Part shown: positions 1 to 10,311 of the stretch, piece after piece | Numbering within the stretch: the stretch's first letter is position 1 | Layout: each line of letters begins with the position of its first letter | Assembly (NCBI GenBank): GCA_036476995.1 | Contig: JAZGCO010000100.1 | Location: 16,428 to 80,427, forward strand | Source: Gemmatimonadota bacterium | Lineage (GTDB): Bacteria; Gemmatimonadota; Gemmatimonadetes; Palauibacterales; Palauibacteraceae | Direction of reading: 5' to 3' | DNA: 64,000 bases | Notes under the pieces: generated by a model | Told to the model about the DNA's origin: nothing | What the model saw: only the letters and a program-made list of their open reading frames with translations | Database searches by the model: none | Translations under genes and position numbers: made by a program

Positions 1-449
1 GGCTCGTGGCGGCCGCCCGTAGGAGGTGGATACTTCTCCCGGATGGGGGCCGGCATGAGCTTCCCGTCGTGTACGCCGGAAACGTAGCCCTCGCCTGCCT
101 GTTGGCCGCGACCAGGCCGGAGGCGGCCGGGGAGACATACAACGTAGCGGATGACGGGCCGTTGACCCTCCGGCACATGCTGTTGACCGCGACATCGGAA
201 AAGCGGCCGATTCGGGTCGCTGGCGTGCCCGGTAGAATGTTTGCGAGTGCGTTCGCCTTGGGGCAGGCGTTGATCGCACTCATCCCGGGCACGAGCCTAC
301 CGGTAAACGCTCGCAATGTTTGGTTTATCGCCAACGACAATCCGTTCTCCAGCCACCGGCTTCAGTCACTGCCGGGATGGGAACCCACCATTTCCACGGA
401 AGAAGGCTGGAGGCGCTCTGTCGCGTGGTTCGAAGCGCGCTCGAGCTAA
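1..449 (+). CDS. NAD-dependent epimerase/dehydratase family protein, C-terminal fragment (5' end outside window)
   Basis: ORF is open at the window start. C-terminal region resembles the NAD(P)-dependent sugar epimerase / 3-beta-HSD family (YNVADDGP...). Family-level guess only. Confidence 0.4.
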   Translation, partial: LVAAARRRWILLPDGGRHELPVVYAGNVALACLLAATRPEAAGETYNVADDGPLTLRHMLLTATSEKRPIRVAGVPGRMFASAFALGQALIALIPGTSLPVNARNVWFIANDNPFSSHRLQSLPGWEPTISTEEGWRRSVAWFEARSS

Positions 450-648
450 GCGACAACAGCCCGGTTCGACTGGCGGAGTGATCGCGCGGGGTCGCGAAAC
501 CGGCGGGCTGACACTATATTCTGGCCTCCATGTCCTGCCTGCTGCCTCAGGTTCTGCCAGCCTGGGGTTATCCTATACGTACCATATTTTCTGCTTTCTC
601 GTCGTGCTGCCGGGACAAGCAAGAAGACGCAAGTCAAGGAGAACACGT

Positions 649-1323
649 ATGTTCCGGACGAAATCTGTCGTTGTGCCGGCTTTTGCGGTGCTTCTGGTAT
701 CCGCCGGCTGCAGTCATGTGGGACAGGACGATTTTGACACATCGATCGCCGATCTGCGATCAGAGCTCAGCGCCCAGAACTCCGCGATTGAAGAGAACCA
801 GCAGGCCATCTTTGAGCTGTCCAGCATGACCGAAGAGATGCGCGGTGACATTGCCAGCCTGAGGGACGAGTTCCAGGTTGCCGTTGAGCAGCTCAAGGAC
901 GGGATCCGCTTCGCGGCGCCCGTGCACTTTGATTATGACCGTGCCGATATCCGGCCCGAGGATGTGCCCCTTCTGAAGCGCTTCGCTTCCGTGATTAACG
1001 AGCACTATCCGAATAGCGTTGTCACGGTTGAAGGCTTCGCCGATCCGGCGGGATCGAGAGCCTACAACGAGCAGCTCTCGCAGCACCGCGCTGAGAACGT
1101 CGCCAGCTTTCTGAAGACGGAAGCGGGACTTATGGTCGCCGAGATCAAGTCCGTTGGATACGGCGAAAATCGGCTCGTCATCGAGGGCGCGTACGGTCCT
1201 GGTGCCTACGGCCTCGAGAATCGCCGTGTTGCCTTCGTGGTAGAGCAGGCAGGCGAGATCGAGGAGATGGAAGAAGAGGAGCCGGAGGAGAACGCTGAAG
1301 AGGCGGTCACAACCAGCCTCTAG
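649..1323 (+). CDS. OmpA/MotB-domain lipoprotein (Pal-like) with acidic Glu-rich C-terminal tail
   Basis: ATG at 649 is followed by a signal peptide with lipobox LLVSAGCS. C-terminal OmpA-like peptidoglycan-binding motifs (FDYDRADIRPE, NRRVAF). The upstream part of the listed ORF 316..1323 has no coding-like features. Confidence 0.8.
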   Translation: MFRTKSVVVPAFAVLLVSAGCSHVGQDDFDTSIADLRSELSAQNSAIEENQQAIFELSSMTEEMRGDIASLRDEFQVAVEQLKDGIRFAAPVHFDYDRADIRPEDVPLLKRFASVINEHYPNSVVTVEGFADPAGSRAYNEQLSQHRAENVASFLKTEAGLMVAEIKSVGYGENRLVIEGAYGPGAYGLENRRVAFVVEQAGEIEEMEEEEPEENAEEAVTTSL

Positions 1324-1402
1324 GCGCGCTCATAGGCGCGTTCCTTCGACTTTCAACGGCAAGTCCTGGTCGCCTCGCCGGTAGACCGCTTGCAGCACAA
1401 CG

Positions 1403-1440
1403 AAGCTCCCGGAGATACAATCCGGGAGCTTTTCGTTTTC
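1403..1440 (+). terminator. Rho-independent terminator candidate after the OmpA-family gene
   Basis: Stem-loop aagctcccgga / gatacaa / tccgggagctt, followed by T-rich ttttcgttttc. Confidence 0.6.
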
Positions 1441-1483
1441 CAGGACACTGGTTGATCGTGCTGTTCAGCCAAGGAGCTGCGCT

Positions 1484-1819
1484 GTGCCCATCGCTTACGA
1501 CGAATTCGACCGGATAGAGATTCGGGTCGGGACTATCGTCGCGGCTGAGGAATTTCCACGTGCCCGCAAGCCGCTCTACAAGCTGCGGATCGATTTCGGA
1601 GAACAGGTGGGCGTGCGTCAGTCGGCGGCCGGCCTACCCCCTCGGTATACACGCGGAGAACTTGTCGGCCGCCAGGTGCTTGCGGTCCTGAACTTGGAAC
1701 CTCGAAACATCGCGGGATTTGAGTCGGAGTGCCTCACTCTGGGAGTACCCGACGCTGAGGGTGAGGCGATACTGCTTGAGCCGAACCGACCGGTGCCCAA
1801 CGGCGGACGGCTGTTTTAA
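1484..1819 (+). CDS. tRNA-binding domain protein (CsaA/EMAP-like)
   Basis: GTG start. 111 aa with the CsaA-like tRNA-binding fold signature (RVGTIV...LNLEPRNIAGFESE). Confidence 0.65.
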   Translation: MPIAYDEFDRIEIRVGTIVAAEEFPRARKPLYKLRIDFGEQVGVRQSAAGLPPRYTRGELVGRQVLAVLNLEPRNIAGFESECLTLGVPDAEGEAILLEPNRPVPNGGRLF

Positions 1820-2814
1820 TGGGAGTGAACGGCGCTCCGGCTGTCCCGCCAGCGGGGTACGAGTCGTTGGGCTCCGGCGTAGGAATATTTGCCGACAGCT
1901 CGCGTACCTTCCTGCGCGTTGAGGGGCCAAGAGGGGTGCAAATGCTTGCGGGCCTGGTTAGCAACGATCTCGCCTCGCTCACCCCTCCAGCGGCTCAATA
2001 CGCATTCGTGCTGAACCCGAAGGGCCGGCCTATCGCTGACCCGCGTGTGATCCTCCTCGATGACCAGGTCGTGCTGGATGTCGCTTCCGCCAGTGTGCCG
2101 GCCCTGACCGAGCACCTGGGCCGCTTCCTTCCCCCGCGGTTTGCGACGTTGACGGAGCCAGAAGGCCTAAGCCGGCTATCGCTGCTTGGGCCAGACGCGG
2201 AAGGCGTGTTGGCCGGGTTGATTCCGGACGTGAAGCCGGCCGGGCTCCCGCCGCTGGGTGTCGCTGTCACGGGCGCCCCGGCACCCGTCGTGGTCGTGCG
2301 GCGGGAGGCGATCGAGGGTCCGGGTTTCGACCTCTACGGCGATTTCGGCCAGGGCTCGCTGGGGGAGGACCTCCATGAAGCGGTGCTCCAGGCCGGTGGG
2401 TCTGCTGTGTCGGAGGAAGCCTACAACATCTGGCGCATCGAGCGTGGCATTCCATTGTACGGTCCGGACATCAGCCTGGAAAATCTGCCCCAGGAGACAG
2501 GGCAGGAAGAACGCGCCATCAGCTTGACGAAGGGCTGCTATACAGGCCAAGAGGTCGTGGCGAGGATTCACTATCGCGGACACGTGAATCGCGTTCTCCG
2601 GGGTCTTCGGTGTGCAGAGCCACTGGCTGCCGGAATGGAGCTGCATGCGGGCGAGCGCCGCGCCGGCCATGTCACCTCGGCAGTGGCCTCTCCCACGTTC
2701 GGCCACATCGCGCTAGGCTATGTGCGGCGCCAACTCGAGCCTGGAGCGGCACTCACGGGCCCGAGCCCGGTCGAATCTCCTATTCAGATGGTCGAGCTAC
2801 CCTTTGCAACCTGA
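1819..2814 (+). CDS. ygfZ: Folate-binding protein YgfZ (GcvT-like fold)
   Basis: Contains the KGCYTGQE motif characteristic of YgfZ, embedded in an aminomethyltransferase-like fold. Confidence 0.7.
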   Translation: MGVNGAPAVPPAGYESLGSGVGIFADSSRTFLRVEGPRGVQMLAGLVSNDLASLTPPAAQYAFVLNPKGRPIADPRVILLDDQVVLDVASASVPALTEHLGRFLPPRFATLTEPEGLSRLSLLGPDAEGVLAGLIPDVKPAGLPPLGVAVTGAPAPVVVVRREAIEGPGFDLYGDFGQGSLGEDLHEAVLQAGGSAVSEEAYNIWRIERGIPLYGPDISLENLPQETGQEERAISLTKGCYTGQEVVARIHYRGHVNRVLRGLRCAEPLAAGMELHAGERRAGHVTSAVASPTFGHIALGYVRRQLEPGAALTGPSPVESPIQMVELPFAT

Positions 2815-2857
2815 AGGAACGCTTTACGTATAGGTAAAGCGAGTTGCCATTGGGCTT

Positions 2858-3967
2858 TTGTGCGATAGGTTCGGGGTTCCTGCGCACACCGGAGCCACTC
2901 GCGAGGATCGTACGCTGAGTTCTTTGACCGGGCCGGACCTGCTGAGACTTTGCCGATTCATGCACGTGACGCGCGCGCTGGAAGAGCGTCTTGAGATTCT
3001 GTTCAAGCAGGGACATGTCGTCGGCGGTCTCTACCGCAGTCTCGGCCAGGAGGGCACGGCGGTGGCCAGCGCCTTCGCTCTGCAAGATGGGGATTGGCTG
3101 GCGCCTTCGATCCGGGACATGGGAGCCCTTTTCGTTCGGGGGCTGGATCCTGCAGAGATGCTGCGCCAGTACACGGCCCGGCGCAGCTCGCTGTGTGCCG
3201 GGAAAGACAACACCACCCACTTCACGGTGCCTGACCTCGGGCTCGTAGGGCCCGTTAGCCCGCTCGGTACGCAGCTCTGCGTCCTCAACGGTGTCGCGCT
3301 GAGTTTCAAGATGCGGGGCCAGCCTCAGGTGTGCATGACGTATCAGGGTGAAGGGGCGAGTCGCACCGGAGCTGCTCATGAGGGAATGAACTTCGCCGCT
3401 GCGCTCGAACTCCCCATGGTCGTCGTCCTGGAGCACAATCACTGGTCATTCGGCACACGTAGCACGAGTGAGGCTGCGGTCGAAAAGTGGGTGGATGTGG
3501 CCGAGGCCTACGGCGTCCCGTGTGCAGAGGTGGACGGAAACGACGTTCTCCAGGTGTACGACGAGGCTGTCATCGCCGTCTCCAGGGCGCGCCGCGGCGA
3601 AGGAATGACGCTCATCGTGGCTGAAACATATCGCATGCTGGGACACGCACAGCACGATGCGCAGAAGTACGTGCCGCCTGAAGAACTGGAACGCTGGCGC
3701 GACCTTGACCCGATCGCCCGGTTCGAAACCTACCTGGAGGAGTCCGGCTTCGCCGACCGAGCGGAACTCGACCGGATGAAAATCGATGTTGAGAAGGAGA
3801 TCGCTGAGGCAGCCGCGGTGGTGGTAGCCGAGCCCGCTCCGGAGCCTGAAGAGGCTCGAACGCGTGTGTATGAGGATGAAACGCTGGCCCCGCCGGCCCC
3901 GTGGACGCGGCGAGATGCCGTTTACCCTGACCTGGCGACCGTCACGCCGAGCCAGACGCGAGGATAA
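2858..3967 (+). CDS. 2-oxoacid dehydrogenase E1 component alpha subunit (TPP-dependent, PDH/BCKDH type)
   Basis: E1-alpha family similarity, including a TPP-binding region. Exact start is uncertain: 2858 ATG, or 2960 ATG. Confidence 0.85.
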   Translation: MCDRFGVPAHTGATREDRTLSSLTGPDLLRLCRFMHVTRALEERLEILFKQGHVVGGLYRSLGQEGTAVASAFALQDGDWLAPSIRDMGALFVRGLDPAEMLRQYTARRSSLCAGKDNTTHFTVPDLGLVGPVSPLGTQLCVLNGVALSFKMRGQPQVCMTYQGEGASRTGAAHEGMNFAAALELPMVVVLEHNHWSFGTRSTSEAAVEKWVDVAEAYGVPCAEVDGNDVLQVYDEAVIAVSRARRGEGMTLIVAETYRMLGHAQHDAQKYVPPEELERWRDLDPIARFETYLEESGFADRAELDRMKIDVEKEIAEAAAVVVAEPAPEPEEARTRVYEDETLAPPAPWTRRDAVYPDLATVTPSQTRG

Positions 3968-3975
3968 CCGACTGT

Positions 3976-4965
3976 ATGCCTGAGCTGCGCGAAACCACTT
4001 ATCTCGAAGCGATTCGAGAGGCCATGTGGGAGGAGATGACGACAGACGAGTCTGTCTTCGTGCTCGGGCAGGATATCGGCGTCTACGGCGGCGCCTTCAA
4101 GGTCACGGCTGGTTTCCTGGAAGAATTTGGGCCCGAGAGAGTCATCGACACGCCGATCAGTGAGGCCGCGATCGTGGGCGCGGCCATCGGCGCGGCGCAC
4201 ATGGGCCTGAAACCGGTGGCAGAGATGCAGTTCATCGATTTCATCGCCCCGGCGTTCGACATGATCGTGAACTTCGCGGCCAAGTCCAGATACCGTACCG
4301 GGATCGGCGCGGGCCTGGTTATCCGGGGACCGTGTGGAGGAGGAGCCCGGGCGGGCCCGTTCCACTCTCAGAACGTCGAGTCGTATTTCGCCAATGTAGC
4401 GGGTCTCAAGATGGTGGCGCCGGCTACGGCGCGTGACGCGAAGGGGCTGCTTCGCTCGGCGATCCGCGACCCGGATCCCGTTCTCTTCTTTGAACACAAG
4501 TTTCTGTACCGAAGGATCAAAGAGGATCTCCCGGTAGATGAGGAAATCCTCGTTCCGCTTGGAGAGGCGAGGATTCACAGGCCGGGCAGCGATCTGACGA
4601 TCGTTACCTACGGCGCCATGCTGTATAAGGCAGGAGGCGCCGCTGAACGAATCGCGGACGAGGACGGAGCTCAAGTCGAAGTGATCGACCTGCGTACGCT
4701 GCGGCCGCTGGATACAGATTCGATCATGGACAGCGTTCGGCGCACCGGTCGGCTGCTCATCGTGCACGAAGCGTCGGGTTTCGGTGGCTTCGCCGGCGAG
4801 ATTACGGCTCAGGTGTCCGAACAGGCGTTTGAGTGGCTGGATGCTCCGATTCGGCGCGTCACGGCACTGGACACGCCGGTGCCCTACGCTCCGACTCTGG
4901 AGGACTACTACCTCCCGCAGGAAGAGGACATAGTTGCAGCCGCCAGGTGGCTGCTGGCCTATTAG
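3976..4965 (+). CDS. 2-oxoacid dehydrogenase E1 component beta subunit
   Basis: Transketolase-like pyrimidine-binding and C-terminal domains. Lies immediately downstream of E1-alpha. Confidence 0.9.
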   Translation: MPELRETTYLEAIREAMWEEMTTDESVFVLGQDIGVYGGAFKVTAGFLEEFGPERVIDTPISEAAIVGAAIGAAHMGLKPVAEMQFIDFIAPAFDMIVNFAAKSRYRTGIGAGLVIRGPCGGGARAGPFHSQNVESYFANVAGLKMVAPATARDAKGLLRSAIRDPDPVLFFEHKFLYRRIKEDLPVDEEILVPLGEARIHRPGSDLTIVTYGAMLYKAGGAAERIADEDGAQVEVIDLRTLRPLDTDSIMDSVRRTGRLLIVHEASGFGGFAGEITAQVSEQAFEWLDAPIRRVTALDTPVPYAPTLEDYYLPQEEDIVAAARWLLAY

Positions 4966-4980
4966 AAAGAGAGTAGTGAG

Positions 4981-6450
4981 ATGCCCAAGGTAGACGTGAT
5001 CATGCCGCAGATGGGGGAGTCGATCGCAGAGGGGACACTCACGAGATGGCTGAAGAATGTGGGCGACGCCGTAGAGCGCGACGAAGATCTGTTTGAGATT
5101 TCGACCGACAAGGTGGATGCGGATATCCCGTCCCCCGCGACAGGCACACTCGCGGAAGTCTTGGTCCAGGAAGGGGACACGGTCGAGGTAAATTCGGTCG
5201 TGGCGCGGATCGAAACTTCCGGCGAGGGCGCCGGCGAGGGCGGCGGCGGCGCGGAGGAGGAAGCGGCCACAGCCGCCGTGACCGAAGAGCCGGCTGCGGT
5301 GGTACCGGCAGAGGCGCCCGCCCCGGCGGTCGCGGAGACCATACCCGAGCCTGTAGCTCCCGCTGCCGAGGCCGATACTTCGGCCGGGGCCGATACTCCG
5401 GCCGGGGCCGGCGAAGTGATGACGCGTGAGGAACGGCTCCGCACGAAATCCACGCCTCTTGTCCGGAAGCTGGCTGAGGAGCACGGAGTGAAGATCAGCC
5501 AGATCACGGGCACGGGCATCGCGGGCCGTGTGACACGCGACGACCTGCTGGCGTACCTGGAGCGCCGGCCGGCCGGCGCCGAGGCGGCGGAACCCTCAGC
5601 ACCGGCTGCGACGCCGAGCGCGCCGGCTCCGGTGCCCGGAACGCCGGTTGCCGCGCCATCCATAGGCCAGCCAGGCGTGATGCGGGTTCCGATTCACGGA
5701 GCCACACTCGATATCAAGATCCCGGGCGTAACGATTCGAGAGGGAGACCGGGTCGAGGAAATGAGCCGCGTCCGGCTCCGCACGATGGAACACATGCTTA
5801 TGTCGAAACGGATTTCAGCTCACGTGACGTCCGTGTCCGAGATCGACTTTGAGCGAGTGGTCCAGCTCCGACGCAGGCTGAAGGGGAAGTACGCTGATAA
5901 GGGCGTAAAGCTGACCTACGGTCCGTTCATCATGAAGGCCGTGACCGAAGGTCTGCTGGCCTATCCCATCCTTAATTCGTCCGTCAACGGCACCCAGATC
6001 GTGTACCACGGCGACATCAACCTGGGCATCGCCGTATCCATCAACGACGGCCAGGAACTCATCGTCCCGGTGCTCAAGAATGCCGACCAGCTTTCCCTGA
6101 TGGGACTGGCCAGCGGCGCCAACGATCTCGCGGAGAAGGCGCGCACGAAGTCGTTGGACTTCGACGACATTCAGGGCGGGACGTTCACGATCACCAACGT
6201 CGGTGTGTTCGGGAACCTGTTCGGAACGCCTATCGTGAACCAGCCGCAGGTGGCCATCCTCGGCACAGGCGTGATCGAGAAGCGGCCAGTGGTCCTCCAG
6301 GACGCGATGGGCAACGATGTGATCGGAATCCGGCACATGTGCTACTTCGGCCTGAGCTACGACCACAGGGTCGTGGACGGCGCGATGGCCGCGTTCTTCC
6401 TCAACAAGGTTCAGGAGGTCCTCGAGAACTTCCCGGAGGACGGCGTCTAG
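4981..6450 (+). CDS. Dihydrolipoamide acyltransferase E2 component
   Basis: N-terminal lipoyl domain (EISTDKVDADIPSP), Ala/Pro-rich linkers, an E3-binding domain, and a catalytic domain with DHRVVDG. Confidence 0.9.
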   Translation: MPKVDVIMPQMGESIAEGTLTRWLKNVGDAVERDEDLFEISTDKVDADIPSPATGTLAEVLVQEGDTVEVNSVVARIETSGEGAGEGGGGAEEEAATAAVTEEPAAVVPAEAPAPAVAETIPEPVAPAAEADTSAGADTPAGAGEVMTREERLRTKSTPLVRKLAEEHGVKISQITGTGIAGRVTRDDLLAYLERRPAGAEAAEPSAPAATPSAPAPVPGTPVAAPSIGQPGVMRVPIHGATLDIKIPGVTIREGDRVEEMSRVRLRTMEHMLMSKRISAHVTSVSEIDFERVVQLRRRLKGKYADKGVKLTYGPFIMKAVTEGLLAYPILNSSVNGTQIVYHGDINLGIAVSINDGQELIVPVLKNADQLSLMGLASGANDLAEKARTKSLDFDDIQGGTFTITNVGVFGNLFGTPIVNQPQVAILGTGVIEKRPVVLQDAMGNDVIGIRHMCYFGLSYDHRVVDGAMAAFFLNKVQEVLENFPEDGV

Positions 6451-6694
6451 TCCTCATGGACCGGCAGGGCCGAGTCCGCCCACCAGTAGTTCGGGATTAT
6501 GGCCTTGCCGGCGATATGATCGGCCGTTAACAGGCTTCTCGCCGAGAAATCAGCCGCAATAGCAGTCCCCCGCGCCCGTTATCGTTCGCTTTCGGGACAG
6601 TATGTGCGATATTGAAGACGCGAATAGCCCTCGACTAAAGAAGTGACATAACGTATATGCGGGCAGCCAAAGAATTTACCGTACGACACGGTAA

Positions 6695-6710
6695 CGGCAC
6701 AGCCGTTGCA
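6695..6710 (+). promoter_or_regulatory. Sigma-54 (-24/-12) promoter candidate upstream of the adaptor/ABC/EBP/HK operon
   Basis: cGGCACagccgTTGCA matches GG-N10-GC with consensus spacing (TGGCACG-N4-TTGCW). The operon it precedes encodes a sigma-54 activator. Confidence 0.45.
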
Positions 6711-6831
6711 TTCTGTGGCCATGATTCGTTGGGCGGAAACCTGATCGTTCATCTTCACGTACGAACACTCGCGGTGGATCCGGGAAGTCGGAGCACGGAT
6801 CTGAAATCAATAGCAGAGAACCAGGGCACGG

Positions 6832-8166
6832 ATGTCTGAACCAAGTCAGAAAACCGGCGGCGAGCCATCGGCAAGGCCGCGGCGCGAGCGGCCGGGAGTA
6901 GCCGAGAGCCTTCGTGGCCCGTCCGGCATGGACATACGGCGGGAGCCGAAGAGCAAGCGCCCGCGGAACATCTTGATTGCGGCCGTAGTTGTTGCGGCAG
7001 TCTTGATCACCGTCTTCCTGGCTCGTCTGGAGCCGGCGGCGCCATCGATCGACAGGAACACGATAGTCCTGGGCCAGGTGGAGCGAGGGAACATGGTTCG
7101 CGCCGTGCGTGGATCGGGCACCCTCGTCCCGGAAAAGGTTCAGTTCGTGGCCGCCGTAACCGCTGGGCGCGTGGAGTCTGTGCACTTCGAGCCCGGCGAG
7201 ACGGTCACCGCCGACGACATCATTCTCGTCCTTTCGAACCCGGACGAAGAGCTGAACGTGTTACAGGCGGAGCAGCAATGGACGGCGGCCAAGGCCACAC
7301 TGGTGTCTCTTCAGCAGAGTCTCGGTACGCAGGAGCTCTCACAGGAAGCCTCCGTGGCCACCACCCGGGCTCAGTACCTGGAAGCCAAGCGTCGCTCCGA
7401 TGCCTTCGCCAAGCTTGTGGGGAGCCAGGGAGTGTCGCGCGACGAGTACGCCACCGCGTTGGGGAACACGGAGGCGTTAGCGACGCTGCTTCGGACATCG
7501 GAGCAGCAACTCGAGTTGCTGAACCGTACGACTACAGAGCAATTGGCCGTTCAGCGGGATCAGGTGGCCCGGCTTCGGTCCATCTTAGACTTTCGGCGCG
7601 CCCAGGCCGCATCCATGCAGGTCCGCGCCGGCGCGGACGGTGTCCTGCAGGACTTCTCGCTCGAGACGGGGCAGTGGGTCCAATCCGGGACGACTCTGGC
7701 CCGCGTCGCGCAGGCGGATCGTCTCAAGGCCGAAATTCGCATACCGCAGACGCAGGCCCGCGATGTCCGGGTCGGGCTTCCGGCTACCATCGACATGAGA
7801 ACCGACACGATTCCGGGGCGGGTCCGCCGCGTAGACCCGAACGTGCAGAACGGCTCAGTACTGGTCGAGGTGACGCTGGAAGGTGAGTTGCCAGCGGGCG
7901 CACGGCCCGACCTGAGCGTGGACGGGACCGTGGAGCTGGAGCGACTCGAAGACGTACTGTTCGTCGGCCGGCCGGCCTTCGGACAGAGCAACAGCACGGT
8001 GACAGTATTCCTCGTTGACGGTTCTGCAGCTGAGCGTAGGACCGTAAGTCTCGGCCGGAGCTCAGTGAACCACATCGAGATTCTGGACGGGTTGGGTGAG
8101 GGGGACGAGATCATCCTCTCAGATATGTCCCGGTACGACAACACCGATCGTGTACGGCTCCGCTAG
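6832..8166 (+). CDS. HlyD-family periplasmic adaptor (membrane fusion protein)
   Basis: N-terminal transmembrane anchor, long coiled-coil region and a beta-barrel/lipoyl-like C-terminus. Alternative start is ATG at 6928. Confidence 0.75.
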   Translation: MSEPSQKTGGEPSARPRRERPGVAESLRGPSGMDIRREPKSKRPRNILIAAVVVAAVLITVFLARLEPAAPSIDRNTIVLGQVERGNMVRAVRGSGTLVPEKVQFVAAVTAGRVESVHFEPGETVTADDIILVLSNPDEELNVLQAEQQWTAAKATLVSLQQSLGTQELSQEASVATTRAQYLEAKRRSDAFAKLVGSQGVSRDEYATALGNTEALATLLRTSEQQLELLNRTTTEQLAVQRDQVARLRSILDFRRAQAASMQVRAGADGVLQDFSLETGQWVQSGTTLARVAQADRLKAEIRIPQTQARDVRVGLPATIDMRTDTIPGRVRRVDPNVQNGSVLVEVTLEGELPAGARPDLSVDGTVELERLEDVLFVGRPAFGQSNSTVTVFLVDGSAAERRTVSLGRSSVNHIEILDGLGEGDEIILSDMSRYDNTDRVRLR

Positions 8167-8214
8167 CTGACTTCGATCGGACCGATTGGATTACAACACG
8201 GAGGGGTAACGAGA

Positions 8215-8919
8215 ATGAGTGAGCAGATGCCGCTGATACGGATGGAAGAAATCCGGAAAGTATTCACGACGGACGAGTTGGAGACACACGCCCTGTCCGA
8301 CATCCACCTGGAAGTCCAGGACGGTGAGTTTGTAGAGGTGGTTGGTCCCTCGGGCTGCGGAAAGTCCACTCTCCTGTCACTTCTGGGATTGCTCGACACG
8401 CCGACCGCCGGGGATTACTGGCTGGACGGCGAGCCGGTAGCGGACCTCACCGCTTCGGAACGCGCCAAGGTGCGCAACCAACATATTGGGTTCATTTTCC
8501 AGGCGTTCAACCTGATCGGCGACCTGACGGTGGAAGAGAATGTGGAGCTGCCTCTGACTTACCGCGGTATGGCGGCCGCTGAGAGAAAGCAGCGGGTACA
8601 GAATGCCCTGGAGAAGGTTGGGATGTCGCACAGGATTGATCACTTCCCGTCGCAGCTGTCAGGCGGGCAACAGCAGCGCGTGGCCGCCGCCCGGGCGGTA
8701 TCCGGCGACCCGCTGATCCTCCTGGCCGACGAGCCGACCGGTAACCTGGATTCGACCAACGGCAACGCGGTCATGGAATTGCTCCAGGAGCTTCACGAGA
8801 GCGGCTCGACGATTCTCATGGTAACCCACGATCCGCGGTATTCAGCCTATGCCCAGCGGACGATCCGTCTGTTTGACGGTCAGGTGGTGGAAGAAGAGGA
8901 AGCTCTTGCCCCGGCCTAG
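8215..8919 (+). CDS. ABC transporter ATP-binding protein (MacB/LolD-like, stand-alone ATPase)
   Basis: Walker [10 protein letters not shown], signature LSGGQQQRV, Walker [12 protein letters not shown]. No fused or adjacent permease. Confidence 0.85.
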   Translation: MSEQMPLIRMEEIRKVFTTDELETHALSDIHLEVQDGEFVEVVGPSGCGKSTLLSLLGLLDTPTAGDYWLDGEPVADLTASERAKVRNQHIGFIFQAFNLIGDLTVEENVELPLTYRGMAAAERKQRVQNALEKVGMSHRIDHFPSQLSGGQQQRVAAARAVSGDPLILLADEPTGNLDSTNGNAVMELLQELHESGSTILMVTHDPRYSAYAQRTIRLFDGQVVEEEEALAPA

Positions 8920-8943
8920 AGACGCGCGGGAGGCGGCGGTCCG

Positions 8944-10311
8944 ATGAGCGAGTCTGCAGTCGATATTTTGATCGCGGATGACCAGGCGGATGTCCTGGCC
9001 GCGCTGCGCATTCTGCTCAAGAGCGAGGGCTTCAGAGTCGAATGCGTGTCATCACCGTCTGCGGTGCTCGACTCCCTGCAGACGAGCGATTTCGACCTGG
9101 TTTTGCTGGACCTAAACTACACGCGGGATACCACCTCGGGCCGCGAGGGCCTCGATCTCATCAAGCGCATTCGAGATATTGACGGTACGCTGCCGATAAT
9201 CGTTATGACGGCCTGGGGGAGTGTCGAAGGGACTGTCGAGGCGATGCGGAACGGGGCGCGTGACTTTATCGAGAAGCCTTGGGACAACGGCCGGTTATTG
9301 GCCACGATTCGATCTCAACTCGAGCTTGGCACCGCACTGCGAAAGGCCAAGTTCCTGGAGGCGGAGAACGAGTTTCTGCGCGAGAGCGGGCTGCCCAGCC
9401 TGGTAGCGGAAGCCAAGAGCATGCAGCCTGTGCTCAAGCTCATTGAGCGCGTGGCTCCGTCGGACGCCAATGTCCTGATTAGCGGCGAGCCGGGAACTGG
9501 GAAGGAAGTCGTGGCGCGCTGGCTGCACCATCGCTCGAACCGGAAAGGCCGGGCTCTGGTCACGGTCAATACGGGCGGACTCTCGGAGGGCCTGTTCGAG
9601 AGCGAGATGTTCGGCCATGTGCGCGGCGCCTTCACGGACGCCCGCAGTGATCGGGTGGGGTACTTCGAGCTGGCGGACCACGGGACCCTTTTCCTCGACG
9701 AGATCGGTAACGTTCCTCTGGCGCAGCAGGCCAAGCTTCTGCGGGTCATCGAGTCCGGCGAACTGCAGAGAGTGGGCTCTTCACGCACCCAGCACGTGGA
9801 TGTGCGGCTGCTTTCCGCCACGAACTCCCGTCTCGAAACCGCGGTGGCGGAGGGTCGGTTTCGAGAGGACCTCTACTACCGGCTTAATGCGGTAGAGATC
9901 GATCTACCGCCCCTGCGTGACCGCCGTGAGGACATTCCTCTCCTGGCCGCGCACTTCCTCCGGCAGCGCGGAGAGAAATACGGACGGCCTGACGTTTCCT
10001 TTTCTCCCGGCGCTATGGACGCGATACTCAGGTATCCGTGGCCTGGAAACATCAGGGAGCTGCAGCACGCCGTAGAGAGATCTGTCCTGATGACGGAAAG
10101 CGATCGGGTGGACGCTCACCATCTCGGACTCCGGGCGTCCCAAGACGGGACGCTGCGCCTTGAGGGTCTTCCACTGAACGAAGCCGAGCGTGTGTTGATT
10201 CGAAAAGCGCTGTCCAGGAATCGGGGCAACGTGAGCCGGGCGGCGCGAGATCTCGGGCTCAGCCGCAGCGCTCTGTACCGGAGGCTGAAGCGGCACGGCC
10301 TGCACGTGTGA
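8944..10311 (+). CDS. Sigma-54-dependent response regulator (NtrC family enhancer-binding protein)
   Basis: Receiver domain (DDQADV...DLVLLD), AAA+ sigma-54 interaction domain (GEPGTGKE, GAFTDA, ESEMFGH) and a C-terminal HTH. Confidence 0.9.
   Translation: MSESAVDILIADDQADVLAALRILLKSEGFRVECVSSPSAVLDSLQTSDFDLVLLDLNYTRDTTSGREGLDLIKRIRDIDGTLPIIVMTAWGSVEGTVEAMRNGARDFIEKPWDNGRLLATIRSQLELGTALRKAKFLEAENEFLRESGLPSLVAEAKSMQPVLKLIERVAPSDANVLISGEPGTGKEVVARWLHHRSNRKGRALVTVNTGGLSEGLFESEMFGHVRGAFTDARSDRVGYFELADHGTLFLDEIGNVPLAQQAKLLRVIESGELQRVGSSRTQHVDVRLLSATNSRLETAVAEGRFREDLYYRLNAVEIDLPPLRDRREDIPLLAAHFLRQRGEKYGRPDVSFSPGAMDAILRYPWPGNIRELQHAVERSVLMTESDRVDAHHLGLRASQDGTLRLEGLPLNEAERVLIRKALSRNRGNVSRAARDLGLSRSALYRRLKRHGLHV

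Noticed and set aside
3922-5484. 520-aa ORF on the minus strand.
   Set aside because: It is entirely antisense to the well-supported E1-beta and E2 genes. The protein is Arg/Gly/Pro-rich and low-complexity, typical of spurious antisense ORFs in high-GC DNA.
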